From an uncultured Gemmatimonadales bacterium (lineage in GTDB: Bacteria > Gemmatimonadota > Gemmatimonadetes > Gemmatimonadales > GWC2-71-9), in contig CAVYSW010000010.1 of NCBI GenBank assembly GCA_963771275.1, forward strand, positions 256,001 through 320,000: 64,000 bases of DNA. The letters are read 5' to 3'. Position numbers and translations under genes: made by a program. Shown here one piece after another: positions 12,011-24,654 of this stretch; position 1 is the first letter of the stretch, and each line of letters opens with the position of its first letter. The notes beneath the pieces were generated by a model. That model was not told the origin of the DNA and did no database searches. It was given only the letters and a program-made list of their open reading frames with translations.

Positions 12011-12410
12011 GACGCGGGTCCGAGCCCGCGCCCTGCAGATCCTCTACGCGTGGGAGTCGCAGAACCAGCCGCCGGTGCGCCTCGTGGCCGACGGCCTGTA
12101 CCAGCTGCACGGCGGCCGCGACCGGGTGTGGGACCGCGCGGCCGCGCTGGCGGCGGCGGTGGCGGAGGCTGTCGGCCGACTCGACGCCGAGGTCGCGCAG
12201 GACATCGCGCGCTGGCGCCTGGCACGGGTGGGCGTGAACGAGCGCAACATCCTGCGGCTGGCCACGCACGAGCTGCTGCACACGGACACGCCGGCCCCGA
12301 TCGTGATCTCGGAGGCCGTCCGTCTGGCCCACTGGTTCGCGGGCGCCAAGGCGCCGCCGTTCGTGAACGGCGTGCTCGACGCCCTGGCGCGCCGCGTCGG
12401 GCGGCTGTGA
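11997..12410 (+). CDS. nusB: Transcription antitermination factor NusB
   Basis: RARALQILY, ERNILRLA, VISEAVRLA, FVNGVLD; follows ribH. Confidence 0.92.
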   Translation: MLRRETRVRARALQILYAWESQNQPPVRLVADGLYQLHGGRDRVWDRAAALAAAVAEAVGRLDAEVAQDIARWRLARVGVNERNILRLATHELLHTDTPAPIVISEAVRLAHWFAGAKAPPFVNGVLDALARRVGRL

Positions 12411-13537
12411 GGATCCTCGCGGTCAACTGGCAGGATCTCGACAACCCCACGGCGGGTGGGGCGGAGGTGCATTTCTTCGAGATCTTCGGGCGGCTGGCCG
12501 CGGCCGGGCACGCGGTGACCCTGGTGGCCTCGGGCTGGCCGGGCGCGGAGCCGGTCGCCGAGATCCGGGGGATTCACGTACGGCGCGTGGCCGGTCGCCA
12601 CACGTTTGCCGCTCGGGGGCGGGGGGCGGTCCGCCGCGCGCTGCGCGAGCAGCGCTACGACGTGGTGGTGGAGGACATCAACAAGCTGCCGCTGTTTCTG
12701 CCGCTGCTGACGCGGCTGCCGTTCTACGTCATCGTGCCGCATCTGTTCGGCAGCACGGCGTTTCGCGAAGCGGCCTGGCCGGTCGCGGCCGTGGTGTGGG
12801 CGGCCGAGCGGCCGGTTCCGTGGGTCTATCGCCACGCGGCGTTCCACGCGATCAGCGCCAGTACGCGTGACGACCTCGTGGCCCGCGGCGTGCCGGCGGA
12901 CCGCGTGCGGGTGATCTGCCCCGGTGTGGACAGCGCCTGGTTCGCTCCCGATGTCGCCACGCCGCGCGCGGCCGCCCCGACCTTCTTGTACGTGGGGCGC
13001 CTGAAGCGTTATAAAGGGGTGGAGACCGCTGTCCGGGCCATCGCGTCGGCGCGGCAGGCAGGATGGGACCTCCGGCTGGACATCGCGGGCCAGGGCGATG
13101 ACCGACCGCGGCTCGAGCGGCTCGCGGTGACGCTTGGCGTCGCGGGCGCCGTCCGCTTTCTCGGGTTCGTGTCCGAGGAGGAGAAGCGCACACTGCTCCG
13201 TCGGTCGTGGGCCACGGTGTTTCCGTCCCCCAAGGAGGGGTGGGGGATCACCAACGTGGAGGCGGCGGCCTGCGGGACGCCGGCCGTCGCGGCCGACAGC
13301 CCCGGGCTGCGCGATTCCGTGCGCCACGAGCACACCGGCCTGCTGGTCCCCTGCGACGACCCACCCGCCCTGGCGGCCGCGCTCACGCGGCTCGCCGCCG
13401 ACCCCGCCCTGGTTGCCCGGCTCGGGGCCGGTGGCCGCGCGTTCGCGGAAGCGCTGTCGTGGGATGCCGCCGCGGCCCAGACGGCCGATCACTTGACCGC
13501 AACGATCCGCGCCACCCGGCGCGGGGAAAGGGAGTGA
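12407..13537 (+). CDS. Glycosyltransferase family 4
   Basis: AGGAEVH, YVGRLKRYKG, PSPKEGWGITNVEAAACGTP (EX7E motif). Confidence 0.9.
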   Translation: MRILAVNWQDLDNPTAGGAEVHFFEIFGRLAAAGHAVTLVASGWPGAEPVAEIRGIHVRRVAGRHTFAARGRGAVRRALREQRYDVVVEDINKLPLFLPLLTRLPFYVIVPHLFGSTAFREAAWPVAAVVWAAERPVPWVYRHAAFHAISASTRDDLVARGVPADRVRVICPGVDSAWFAPDVATPRAAAPTFLYVGRLKRYKGVETAVRAIASARQAGWDLRLDIAGQGDDRPRLERLAVTLGVAGAVRFLGFVSEEEKRTLLRRSWATVFPSPKEGWGITNVEAAACGTPAVAADSPGLRDSVRHEHTGLLVPCDDPPALAAALTRLAADPALVARLGAGGRAFAEALSWDAAAAQTADHLTATIRATRRGERE

Positions 13538-13541
13538 GTCC

Positions 13542-13844
13542 GTGCAGACGACGGTAACGGCTCGGCATTGCGACATTCCCCAGGATCTGCGCGCGCGCGC
13601 GAGCGAGGTCTCGGACCGGCTGGCGAAGATCGCCCACCGTCCGCAGCGCATGGAGATCGTGTTCGACGCGGACCACGGCAAGCAGGTCGTCGAGCTCAAG
13701 ATGTGGCTGCCACGCGGCCACACCTACGTGGCGACCGCGGAGGCAACCGACTTCCGCACGGCGCTCGACCGCGCCGCGGAGCGGCTGCGATCCCAGCTGG
13801 ACAAGGGTGGGAGCCACCCCGAGCGGCGGACCGCGGCGTCCTGA
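13542..13844 (+). CDS. raiA: Ribosome hibernation factor HPF/RaiA (short form)
   Basis: TVTARHCDI...ATAEATDFRTALDRAAERLRSQL; position just before hprK. Confidence 0.8.
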   Translation: MQTTVTARHCDIPQDLRARASEVSDRLAKIAHRPQRMEIVFDADHGKQVVELKMWLPRGHTYVATAEATDFRTALDRAAERLRSQLDKGGSHPERRTAAS

Positions 13845-13846
13845 CC

Positions 13847-14815
13847 ATGGCCACCCTCACGGTCCGCGATCTGGTCGCGGAGAAGCGCCAGTCGCTGCAG
13901 CTCGATGCGCTCACGGGCGACGTCGGGCTCGACCGGCCGATCACGGTCCCCGAGATATCGAGCCCGGGTCTCGTGCTCGCGGGCTACTCGGCGCGGTTTC
14001 TGGCCAAGCGGCTGCAGGTGCTGGGCGAGACGGAGGTCACCTATCTCCGCTCGCTGTCCGACGAGGAGCGCCGCCAGACCGTGGACCGGTTCTTCGCGCG
14101 CGACGTCCCGGCCGTGTTCGTCACGAAGGGCCAGACGTTGCCGCCCGACGTGCTCGAGGCGGCCCGCGCGCACGGCGTGCCGCTGATGCGCTCGGCGCTC
14201 AAGACGGCGGAGTTCTACTCCCGGATCACGCCGTTCCTGCAGGAGGCGTTCGCGCCGCGGGTGACGGTGCACGCCTCGCTGGCGGATGTCTATGGCGTGG
14301 GGCTGCTGTTCACCGGGCGCTCCGGCATCGGCAAGAGCGAGTGCGTGCTCGATCTCGTCGAGCGCGGTCACCGGCTCGTCGCCGACGACGTGGTGCACGT
14401 GACGCGGCGCGGCGCCGACGTGCTGCTGGGCCGCGGGCACGAGCTGTCGCACCATTACATGGAGATTCGCGGCGTGGGCCTGGTGGACGTCAAGGCCCTG
14501 TTCGGCATCCGGGCCGTGCGCCAGCAGAAGCGCATCGAGGTGGAAGTCGAGCTGACGGACTGGGACAGCACCAAGGAGGTGGACCGCACCGGGCTCGATC
14601 TCAAGACCACGACGCTCCTCGAGGTGGAGCTGCCCAAGGTGAGCGTCCCGCTCAACCCGGGCAAGAACATCACCGTCATCTCGGAGGTGGTGGCGATGAA
14701 CCACCTGCTGCGCTATGGCGGCTACGACCCCGCCAAGGTGTTCAACGATCGTCTGCTGAAGCGGCTCGCCGAGCAGCGTGAGCTGCGGGAGTACCTGACC
14801 GAAGACTATGAGTGA
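13847..14815 (+). CDS. hprK: HPr(Ser) kinase/phosphorylase
   Basis: Walker A GRSGIGKSE, RGHRLVADD, MEIRGVGL. Confidence 0.96.
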   Translation: MATLTVRDLVAEKRQSLQLDALTGDVGLDRPITVPEISSPGLVLAGYSARFLAKRLQVLGETEVTYLRSLSDEERRQTVDRFFARDVPAVFVTKGQTLPPDVLEAARAHGVPLMRSALKTAEFYSRITPFLQEAFAPRVTVHASLADVYGVGLLFTGRSGIGKSECVLDLVERGHRLVADDVVHVTRRGADVLLGRGHELSHHYMEIRGVGLVDVKALFGIRAVRQQKRIEVEVELTDWDSTKEVDRTGLDLKTTTLLEVELPKVSVPLNPGKNITVISEVVAMNHLLRYGGYDPAKVFNDRLLKRLAEQRELREYLTEDYE

Positions 14816-15188
14816 CTTGCTGCGCGGGGTGGTCGTGTCGCACGCCGATCTGGCGGACGCCATGGTCGAGGCGGTCGCGAAGATCACGGGAGAGACGGAC
14901 GGGCTGGTCGCGGTGAGCAACCGGGGCTGCGACCGGGCGACGCTCGATCGTCGCCTCGCCGAGGCGATCGGCGACGTACCGGCCGTGGTGTTCGTGGACC
15001 TGCCGAGCGGGAGCTGCCTGCTGGCGTCGGCGAGCTACCTGCGCGCACACGACAACGTGGCATGCGTGGCGGGCGTCAACCTGGCGATGCTGGTCGATTT
15101 CGTGTACCACCGGGCGGTGACGCCGGCTGAAGCGGCGGAGCGCGCGCTCGCAACCGGCGCCCGCGCCATCAAGGTGATCGGCCTGTGA
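14808..15188 (+). CDS. PTS mannose/fructose-class EIIA
   Basis: VVVSH (phospho-His), FVDLPSGS, AGVNLAML. Confidence 0.9.
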   Translation: MSDLLRGVVVSHADLADAMVEAVAKITGETDGLVAVSNRGCDRATLDRRLAEAIGDVPAVVFVDLPSGSCLLASASYLRAHDNVACVAGVNLAMLVDFVYHRAVTPAEAAERALATGARAIKVIGL

Positions 15189-15658
15189 GCGCGCTGCTGG
15201 TGCGCGTGGACGATCGGCTGGTCCACGGACAGGTCGTCGTGGGTTGGGGGCAGGCGCTCCGCCTCCGCCACCTCGTTCTGGTGGACGACGAGATCCGGAA
15301 CAGCCTGTGGGAGCAGGACCTGTACCGCATGGGCGTGCCCGAGGGCATGGCGCTGGAGTTCGCCTCGGTCGCCGAGGCGGGCGGCGCGTACCCGCGCTGG
15401 GTGGCCGAGGGCGGGCACACGATGATCATTCTCGGCGACGTCGATACCCTGGTCCGGCTGTGCGCGGCGGCGCCGGTGGCGCGCGTCAATCTGGGAGGTC
15501 TGCACGCGAGGGAGGGACGGCGCGAGCGGCTGCCGTACGTCTTCCTCAGCGACGGCGAAGTGGCGCAGCTCCGCGCCCTGGCCGCGCGCGGTGTCGCGGT
15601 GACCGCGCAGGACGTGCCCACGGCCCCGCCGGTCCCGCTCGTGGAGCTCGCCGCGTGA
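15185..15658 (+). CDS. PTS mannose/sorbose-class EIIB
   Basis: RVDDRLVHGQV, VNLGG. Confidence 0.92.
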   Translation: MSALLVRVDDRLVHGQVVVGWGQALRLRHLVLVDDEIRNSLWEQDLYRMGVPEGMALEFASVAEAGGAYPRWVAEGGHTMIILGDVDTLVRLCAAAPVARVNLGGLHAREGRRERLPYVFLSDGEVAQLRALAARGVAVTAQDVPTAPPVPLVELAA

Positions 15659-16323
15659 GCGTCCTGACGATCGCCGCCCTCCTGGCCTGGGGTGTCGTCG
15701 CCGGGCTGGACTTCGTGAGCGTGCTGCAGGCCATGGTCGCGCGCCCGCTGGTGGCCGCCACCGTGGCGGGCGTGATCGCTGGCGATCCCGCGAACGGCGT
15801 GCTGGTGGGCATGGCGCTCGAGCTGTTTGCCCTCGAGGTGCTGCCCGTGGGTGGGGCCCGCTCGCCCGACTATGGACCCGGCGCCGTGGCCGCGGCGGCG
15901 GCCGCGCGCGGCAGCCCGCCCGCCGCCCTCGGGATCGCGGTGGCGGTCGGGCTGCTGATCGCGCACATCGGGGACTGGAGCATCGTGGCCTTGCGGCGGC
16001 GGAATACCGTGCGGGTCCGCGCGGCCGCCGCCGGACTCGATGCGGGCGACCTCCGGACGATCAGCCGGGTGCAGTTGCTGGGCATTCTGTGGGATGCCGG
16101 ACGGGCGCTCGGCCTGACGACGCTGGGGCTCGGCGTTGCCTACGCCGCGCGGCACTGGCTGCCGGTTGCTCCCAGGGCCGCCGTGCTGCTGACGGCCGTT
16201 CTGGTCGGTGTCGGCCTGGCGACGGCCGCGGGTAACGCCGTGCGCCTGGCGGCGCGCCGCAGCGGCGCGCTATGGCTGGCGCTCGGACTGCTTGGGGGAG
16301 GACTGTGGATCGCCCTCCGCTGA
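15655..16323 (+). CDS. PTS mannose-class EIIC
   Basis: GLD...RPLVAA...G...G..LEL...PVGGA..PD; hydrophobic. Confidence 0.85.
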   Translation: MSVLTIAALLAWGVVAGLDFVSVLQAMVARPLVAATVAGVIAGDPANGVLVGMALELFALEVLPVGGARSPDYGPGAVAAAAAARGSPPAALGIAVAVGLLIAHIGDWSIVALRRRNTVRVRAAAAGLDAGDLRTISRVQLLGILWDAGRALGLTTLGLGVAYAARHWLPVAPRAAVLLTAVLVGVGLATAAGNAVRLAARRSGALWLALGLLGGGLWIALR

Positions 16324-17051
16324 TCGCGTTCCTGCGCACCTGGTTCCGGCTGCTGACGGTGCAGGCGAGCTGGAACTACGAGCGCATGATCGGCGTTGGC
16401 TTGGGGTACGCGGTCGAGCCCCTGATGCGGGCGCTGCCCGGCGGGCGCGAGGGCGAGCGGTACCGGGACGCGATGCGGCGCGCGGCGCGCTACTTCAACG
16501 CCCACCCCTATCTCACGGGGCTCGCCGCCGGCGCCTTCGCCCGGGCGGAGCACGAGCAGGTGCCGAGCGAGCAGATCGAGCGGCTGCGCACGGCGCTGCT
16601 CGGGCCGCTCGGGGCGGTGGGCGATCGCCTCGTGTGGGCGGGTACGCTGCCGGCGGCGTCGGCCTTGGGGTTGGCGCTGTCGGCGGCGGCGCCGGCTGGG
16701 GTCGGAGCGGCCGCGCTGCTCGCGCTGTACAACGTGCCGCACGTCACGCTGCGTGTGTGGGGCCTCAGCGCCGGCTGGCGCCGCGGCACCGGCCTGGCAC
16801 GTGCGCTCGCGGCCCCGGTGCTCACCGTCGCGCTGCGCGTCGTGGGCCCGGTCGCCGCGGTCGGCATCGGCGTCGCGCTGCCGCTCGTGGCGGCGCGCCT
16901 CGGGGGGAGCCTCGACGTGGCGGCGTGGCTGGCGGGTGCCGCGAGCTGCGCGGCGGCGTGGGTCATCGCGCGGTGGCTCGCGCCGACGCTGGGGGGCGTG
17001 CGGCTCGCCCTGCTCGCGGCGGCGGCGGTCCTGATCGGGACCGGCCTGTGA
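16305..17051 (+). CDS. PTS mannose-class EIID
   Basis: QASWNYERMIGVG, YFNAHPY, GPLGAVGD; GGAGG RBS before GTG 16305. Confidence 0.9.
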   Translation: MDRPPLIAFLRTWFRLLTVQASWNYERMIGVGLGYAVEPLMRALPGGREGERYRDAMRRAARYFNAHPYLTGLAAGAFARAEHEQVPSEQIERLRTALLGPLGAVGDRLVWAGTLPAASALGLALSAAAPAGVGAAALLALYNVPHVTLRVWGLSAGWRRGTGLARALAAPVLTVALRVVGPVAAVGIGVALPLVAARLGGSLDVAAWLAGAASCAAAWVIARWLAPTLGGVRLALLAAAAVLIGTGL

Positions 17052-17329
17052 CGGCGCTCGAGCGCGTGGTGACGATTGTGAACCCCCTCGGCCTCCACGC
17101 GCGGCCGGCGGCCGAGTTCGTCAAGGTGGCGTCCGCCTTCCGCGCCGAGGTGGAGGTGGAGAAGGACGGCATGCAGGTGAATGGCAAGAGCATCATGGGG
17201 GTCATGACGCTCGCGGCGGAGTGCGGCAGCTCCATGCTGATCCGGACGATCGGCGAGGATGCCGACACGGCGCTGGCAGCGCTCGCGGATCTGGTCGCAC
17301 GCGGCTTCGACGAGGCATACGCCGAATGA
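17048..17329 (+). CDS. ptsH: Phosphocarrier protein HPr
   Basis: GLHARPAA (His15), NGKSIMGVMTL (Ser46). Confidence 0.96.
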   Translation: MTALERVVTIVNPLGLHARPAAEFVKVASAFRAEVEVEKDGMQVNGKSIMGVMTLAAECGSSMLIRTIGEDADTALAALADLVARGFDEAYAE

Positions 17330-19125
17330 CGGGAAAGCTCATGCATGGGATCGGCGTGTCGCCGGGCGTTGCCGTGGGCCCCGCCGTCGTGCTGCGACGC
17401 GAGTTCCCGGACGTTCAGGCGCGGGTGGTCGAGCCCAACGCGGTCGAGGGCGAGGTGCGCCGCCTGCACGACGCGGTCGGCACGGTGCGGCGTGGGCTGC
17501 TGCAACTCCAGGAGCGCGCGCTCGAGCGGGTGGGCCCGGAGGAAGCGAAGATCTTCGAAGCGCAGCTGATGATGCTCGAGGATCGTGTGTTTCTCGGACA
17601 GGTCGAACGGCTGATCCGTGACAACCAGCTCGCCGCGGAGCGGGCGTTCGAGTTCAAGGGCCTCGAGCTGCGCGCCCTGTGGGCCGACTCCGGGAATTCG
17701 CAGCTCCGCGACCGGGTGGCGGACCTCTCGGGCATCCAGCTCCGCGTGCTCAACTTCCTGCTCGGCCGGCCGGACGACGAAGAGCTGCACGTGCACGCCG
17801 AGCCGGTGATCATCGTCACGCGGGAGCTGACGCCCGGTCTCACGATCCAGTTCGAGCGGGACCGCGTGGTGGGCTTCGTGAGCGAGGAGGGGACGCGGAC
17901 CGCCCATGCCGCGATCCTCGCGCGGAGCCTCGGCATCCCGTGCGTGATGGGGCTGCAGGGCGCCCTCGACAGCATTCCGGCGGGCGCGCAGCTCGTGCTC
18001 GACGGCACCCGTGGCACCGTGCTGATCGAGCCCACGGCCGGCCAGGTCGCCGTCGCCCAGAAGGTCGAGGCGCATCGCCAGACGATGCTCGAGGATCTCG
18101 AGCAGGAGGCGCGCCTTCCCGCGGTGACCCTCGACGGGCAACGCATCGTGTTGCGCGGCAATCTCGATCTGCCGGAGGAGCTGGACGCGCTCGCCCGGCA
18201 CGGGGCGGAAGGCGTGGGGCTGCTGCGCACCGAGTTCATGGTGGTCGGGCGGGCCTCGCTGCCGAGCGAGGACGAGGCGCTCGAGTACTTCCGGCGGGTG
18301 ACTCGGCGGTTCCCCCGGCTGCCGGTCATCGTGCGCAGCTACGACGTCGGGGGCGACAAGTTCCCCGCGGCGTTCCGGATCGCGACCGAGCCCAATCCGT
18401 TCCTGGGCTGGCGGGCACTGCGCGTGTGCCTCGACCGGCCCGAGATCTTCCTGACGCAGCTCCGCGCGCTGCTCCGTGCCCGCCTCGATGGCGACGTGCG
18501 GCTGATGCTGCCCCTGGTGATCGAGGTCGGGGAAGTGACCCGGACGCGGGCCCTGATCGACGAGGCGCGCGCGAGCCTGGCCCGCGACGGGATCCTGGCC
18601 GCCACGAGCCTGCCGGTCGGGGTGATGGTGGAGACCCCGGCGGCCGTCACCCTCGCCGACCAGCTCGCGGCCCACTGCGACTTCCTCAGCGTCGGGACCA
18701 ACGACCTGACCCAGTACACGCTCGCCATGGACCGCGGCAACGCGCGGCTCGCAGAGCGGTTCAGCGGCTTCCACCCCGCGGTGTTGCGCATGCTGCGACA
18801 CCTGCGGGACCTGACGGCCGGGACGACGACGGCGGTCGCGGTGTGCGGCGAAATGGCATCCGACCCGCTCGGCATCTTCCTGCTGCTCGGCCTGGGATAC
18901 CGCGAGTTCAGCATCGCTCCCACCACCGTGCCGCTGGTACGCTGGCTGGTACGCCGCTTGCGTACGTCGGAGGCGGAGTCGGCGGCTGTGGCGGCCCTCG
19001 CGGCGACGAGCGCGGCGGCGGCGGCGGCGACCTTGGGGGAGCGCCTGGCGGCGCACGTGGATCTGCGCCTGCTCGACGTCGACTGGTTGCCGGCCTCCCG
19101 GTCCGATGCTAGCTTGCAGCCGTGA
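17326..19125 (+). CDS. ptsI: PEP-protein phosphotransferase (Enzyme I)
   Basis: [53 protein letters not shown]. Confidence 0.96.
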   Translation: MTGKLMHGIGVSPGVAVGPAVVLRREFPDVQARVVEPNAVEGEVRRLHDAVGTVRRGLLQLQERALERVGPEEAKIFEAQLMMLEDRVFLGQVERLIRDNQLAAERAFEFKGLELRALWADSGNSQLRDRVADLSGIQLRVLNFLLGRPDDEELHVHAEPVIIVTRELTPGLTIQFERDRVVGFVSEEGTRTAHAAILARSLGIPCVMGLQGALDSIPAGAQLVLDGTRGTVLIEPTAGQVAVAQKVEAHRQTMLEDLEQEARLPAVTLDGQRIVLRGNLDLPEELDALARHGAEGVGLLRTEFMVVGRASLPSEDEALEYFRRVTRRFPRLPVIVRSYDVGGDKFPAAFRIATEPNPFLGWRALRVCLDRPEIFLTQLRALLRARLDGDVRLMLPLVIEVGEVTRTRALIDEARASLARDGILAATSLPVGVMVETPAAVTLADQLAAHCDFLSVGTNDLTQYTLAMDRGNARLAERFSGFHPAVLRMLRHLRDLTAGTTTAVAVCGEMASDPLGIFLLLGLGYREFSIAPTTVPLVRWLVRRLRTSEAESAAVAALAATSAAAAAATLGERLAAHVDLRLLDVDWLPASRSDASLQP

Positions 19126-19178
19126 CGCGGCAGCCTCCGGCAGCCGCGTCAATTCATTGTGAGCACGGGAGTTACCCA

Positions 19179-20363
<1,185 letters not shown>

Positions 20364-20424
20364 CGCGGCTCGGAACGGACGACCCGCGCGGCGGGTACGC
20401 GAAAGAAGACGGGAGCACATCGCT

Positions 20425-21903
<1,479 letters not shown>

Positions 21904-21907
21904 CGGC

Positions 21908-22405
21908 GTGATCACGGAAGTGCGCGTCGCCCACCTCGGCCTCGATCGCGCGACCAATTCGCCGGTCGTGATCCTGCAGGAGAAGGACGGCGACCGGGTC
22001 CTGCCGATCTGGATCGGGCCGGCCGAGGCGAGCGCCATCGCCATGGAGCTGGCCGGCGTCAAGTTCAGCCGTCCGCTGACGCACGACTTGCTGAAGCAGG
22101 TGATCGTCGGGCTGGGCGCGGAGCTGCGGCGCGTGCTGATCACGCAGGTGAAGGACAATACCTATTTCGCCGAGCTGCAGATTCACCGCGACGACCAGGT
22201 CTTCCACATGGACGCGCGGCCGTCCGACAGCATCGCGATCGCGCTGCGCCTCAACGCGCCGATCTTCACCGACAACGAGCTGCTGGAGTCCTCCTCCGTT
22301 GAGACTGTCGACGCCGCCGATGCACCGCAGCCGCTCGATGCCGAGCAGCTCAAGACCTATCTCGAGAATCTCGATCCCGAGGATTTCGGCAAGTTCCGCC
22401 CGTAG
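21908..22405 (+). CDS. Bifunctional nuclease family protein (DUF151)
   Basis: LPIWIGPAEASAI, RPLTHDL, DARPSDSIAIALR. Confidence 0.92.
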   Translation: MITEVRVAHLGLDRATNSPVVILQEKDGDRVLPIWIGPAEASAIAMELAGVKFSRPLTHDLLKQVIVGLGAELRRVLITQVKDNTYFAELQIHRDDQVFHMDARPSDSIAIALRLNAPIFTDNELLESSSVETVDAADAPQPLDAEQLKTYLENLDPEDFGKFRP

Positions 22406-23528
22406 GCTGCGGCGCCTGCTGCCGGTCCTGCTGCTGGCCGCCCCGGCGCCGGCTCTGGCGCAGGGTGCCCTGCAGGCCGCCGGACGCGTGCTGCGGGGCG
22501 GCGCGGCGGACTCCGTGCCGGTCGCAGGGAGCTGGGTCGTGCTGCACGAGGTGACGATGCACGGCGGCGGCCCCGTCGATTCGGCGCGCACCGACCCCGA
22601 GGGGCGCTACCGGCTCGGCGTGGCCCGCAGCGACAGCGCGGCCCTCTACATGGTCAGCATCACGTACGAAGGGGTGACGTACTTCTCGGACGCGCTGCAC
22701 CGCCGTCAGGTGCGGGACACGATCCCGGCGCTGGTGGTGTTCGACACGTCGAGCGTGGCGCCGCCGATCACCGTCGGGCAGCGGCATGTCGTGGTGCGCG
22801 CCGCCGGAGAGGGAGGCGCGCGCAGCGTGCTCGAGCTGGTGATGCTCGAGAACCCGGGGACCCGCACGCGCATCGCCGGGGACTCGACGCAGCCGCTCTG
22901 GTCGGCGGCCTTGCCCGCCGGCGTCACGGAGTTCCAGGTCGGCCAGAGTGACGTGAGCGCCGACGCGATCGTGCGGGTGGGCGACAGCGTGTTCGTGACG
23001 GCGCCGATCCCCCCCGGTCAGAAGCAGATCGTCTTCACGTACGCGCTCCCCGCCGGCAACGAGCTGCGGCTCCCGCTGCAGGCGGCGACCGCGCGGGTGC
23101 TGGTGCTGCTGGAGGACACCGCCGCGACCCTGGTGAGCGGCCCGCTCACGCGGCGCGGCGTCGAGACGTTCGAGGACTCGCATTTCGCGCTGTTCGACGG
23201 CGTCGTGCCGCCGGGCGGTGGGGTCGCCGTGTTCCGGTTCACCGGCCAAAGGCGCAACCCGACCACGCTCGTCGTGACGCTCGTGATCGTCCTCGCGGCC
23301 GTGGCCCTGCTCGGCACGCTGCCCCTGCTGCTGCGGCGGCGCGCGGCCGTGCCGATCCCCGCGGGCCCCGAGACCCCCGAGACGCTCGCGCGGCAGATCG
23401 CGGCCCTGGACCGCGCGTTCGAGCAGGGATCGCACACGGCGGCGGAGGAAGCGGGATACCGCGCGCGGCGCCAGCAGCTCAAGCAGCAACTGCAAGCCGC
23501 TCTTGCGACGCGGCGCGCGGGATCGTAG
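22338..23528 (+). CDS. Exported single-pass membrane protein (carboxypeptidase-regulatory-like N-domain, CcmI-like cytoplasmic tail); start uncertain
   Basis: Signal peptide RRLLPVLLLAAPAPALA, ARTDPEGRYR beta-sandwich motif, TM helix near C-terminus, tail LARQIAALDRAFEQG...YRARRQQLK. Confidence 0.65.
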   Translation: MPSSSRPISRISIPRISASSARRLRRLLPVLLLAAPAPALAQGALQAAGRVLRGGAADSVPVAGSWVVLHEVTMHGGGPVDSARTDPEGRYRLGVARSDSAALYMVSITYEGVTYFSDALHRRQVRDTIPALVVFDTSSVAPPITVGQRHVVVRAAGEGGARSVLELVMLENPGTRTRIAGDSTQPLWSAALPAGVTEFQVGQSDVSADAIVRVGDSVFVTAPIPPGQKQIVFTYALPAGNELRLPLQAATARVLVLLEDTAATLVSGPLTRRGVETFEDSHFALFDGVVPPGGGVAVFRFTGQRRNPTTLVVTLVIVLAAVALLGTLPLLLRRRAAVPIPAGPETPETLARQIAALDRAFEQGSHTAAEEAGYRARRQQLKQQLQAALATRRAGS

Positions 23529-23544
23529 GTTCCCGCCCGGTACA

Positions 23545-23700
23545 CAACTGAGGCTGCACCCCGCGGACGCGGAGCACGGAAGCCGGTGTGATTCCGGCGC
23601 GGCCCCGCCACTGTAACGGGCAGACAGCACGGCTCACGCGCCACTGGGACATCCCGGGAAGGCGAGCCGGGCGCCCGAAGCCAGGAGACGTTCCCGTTCG
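23545..23700 (+). promoter_or_regulatory. Cobalamin riboswitch
   Basis: GGAAgccGGTGtgAtTCCggcgCgGcCCCGCCACTGTAA ... GCCACTGGGA..CCGGGAAGGC ... AGCCAGGAGAC (B12 box), directly upstream of btu genes. Confidence 0.93.
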
Positions 23701-23793
23701 CGCCACCCTGAGCCCTCGCGGGAGGGACGGTGGAGCGACGCGTAAAACTCGGAGACGCGCTCGACCGCCGGACACCAGGAGGTCGGGCGCGTC

Positions 23794-24654
23794 GTGCGTT
23801 TCGCCGGCCGTAACGCCGCGCGGGCGGCGACTGCCGCGATCCTGGCGGCCGCGGCGGTGGGCTGCGCGCCGGCCGGGCGGGTCGCCGACCGGCCGGCCCA
23901 CCGCGTCGTGTCCCTCGCCCCGTCCATCACGGAGCTGCTGTTCGCGATCGGCGCGGGCGACCGCGTGGTCGGTCGCACGACGTGGTGTGACTACCCTCCT
24001 GAGGCCCTGTCGGTCGCGAGCGTCGGCGACGGGCTGCACCCCAACGTCGAGGCGATCGTCGCGCGGCGTCCGGACCTGGTCCTGCTCTACACGTCGCCCA
24101 GCAACGGTGCGGCGGTCGAGCGCCTGCGGGCGCTGGGCCTCGCGACGGACACTATCCGGATGGATCGCCTGGCCGACGTCGTCACCGGTGCCCGGCGGTT
24201 CGGCCGCCTCACGGGGACCGCGCGGCGGGCCGACAGCCTCGCCGCGGCGTTCGCGGCGGCGCTCGACTCCGCCCGCGCGGCGCCGATCTCGGGGCCGCGC
24301 GCCCGCGTCGTGCTGCTCGCCTGGGACGCGCCGCCGGTGGTGATCGGCGGCGGCAGCTTCCAGCACGAGCTGGTGGCGCTGGCCGGCGCCGACAACGTGT
24401 TCGGGGACCTGGCCCGGGCGTCGGGGCAGGTGAGCATCGAGACGATCGCGGCCCGCGACCCCGACCTCGTCGTGCTGCTGGGCGAGACGGCGCCGCAGCC
24501 CGCGTGGGCCGCGCGTCCCGAATGGCAGGTCGTACGCGCGGTCCGTGAACGCCGGTTCGTGCGCCTCACGGGGAGCGCGTTCGCGCGGCCGACGTTCCGG
24601 GCGCTCGCCGCCGTTCGCGAGCTCCGCGCGGCGATCGGGGAGGCGCTGCGATGA
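23794..24654 (+). CDS. btuF: Cobalamin ABC transporter substrate-binding lipoprotein (BtuF-like)
   Basis: Lipobox AVGC, RVVSLAPSITELLFAIG, CDYP, PNVEAI..RPDLV; riboswitch upstream. Confidence 0.88.
   Translation: MRFAGRNAARAATAAILAAAAVGCAPAGRVADRPAHRVVSLAPSITELLFAIGAGDRVVGRTTWCDYPPEALSVASVGDGLHPNVEAIVARRPDLVLLYTSPSNGAAVERLRALGLATDTIRMDRLADVVTGARRFGRLTGTARRADSLAAAFAAALDSARAAPISGPRARVVLLAWDAPPVVIGGGSFQHELVALAGADNVFGDLARASGQVSIETIAARDPDLVVLLGETAPQPAWAARPEWQVVRAVRERRFVRLTGSAFARPTFRALAAVRELRAAIGEALR

Noticed and set aside
20364..20424. SAH riboswitch upstream of ahcY
   Set aside because: The 60-nt spacer lacks the GAGGAGCG...CAGGCTC core
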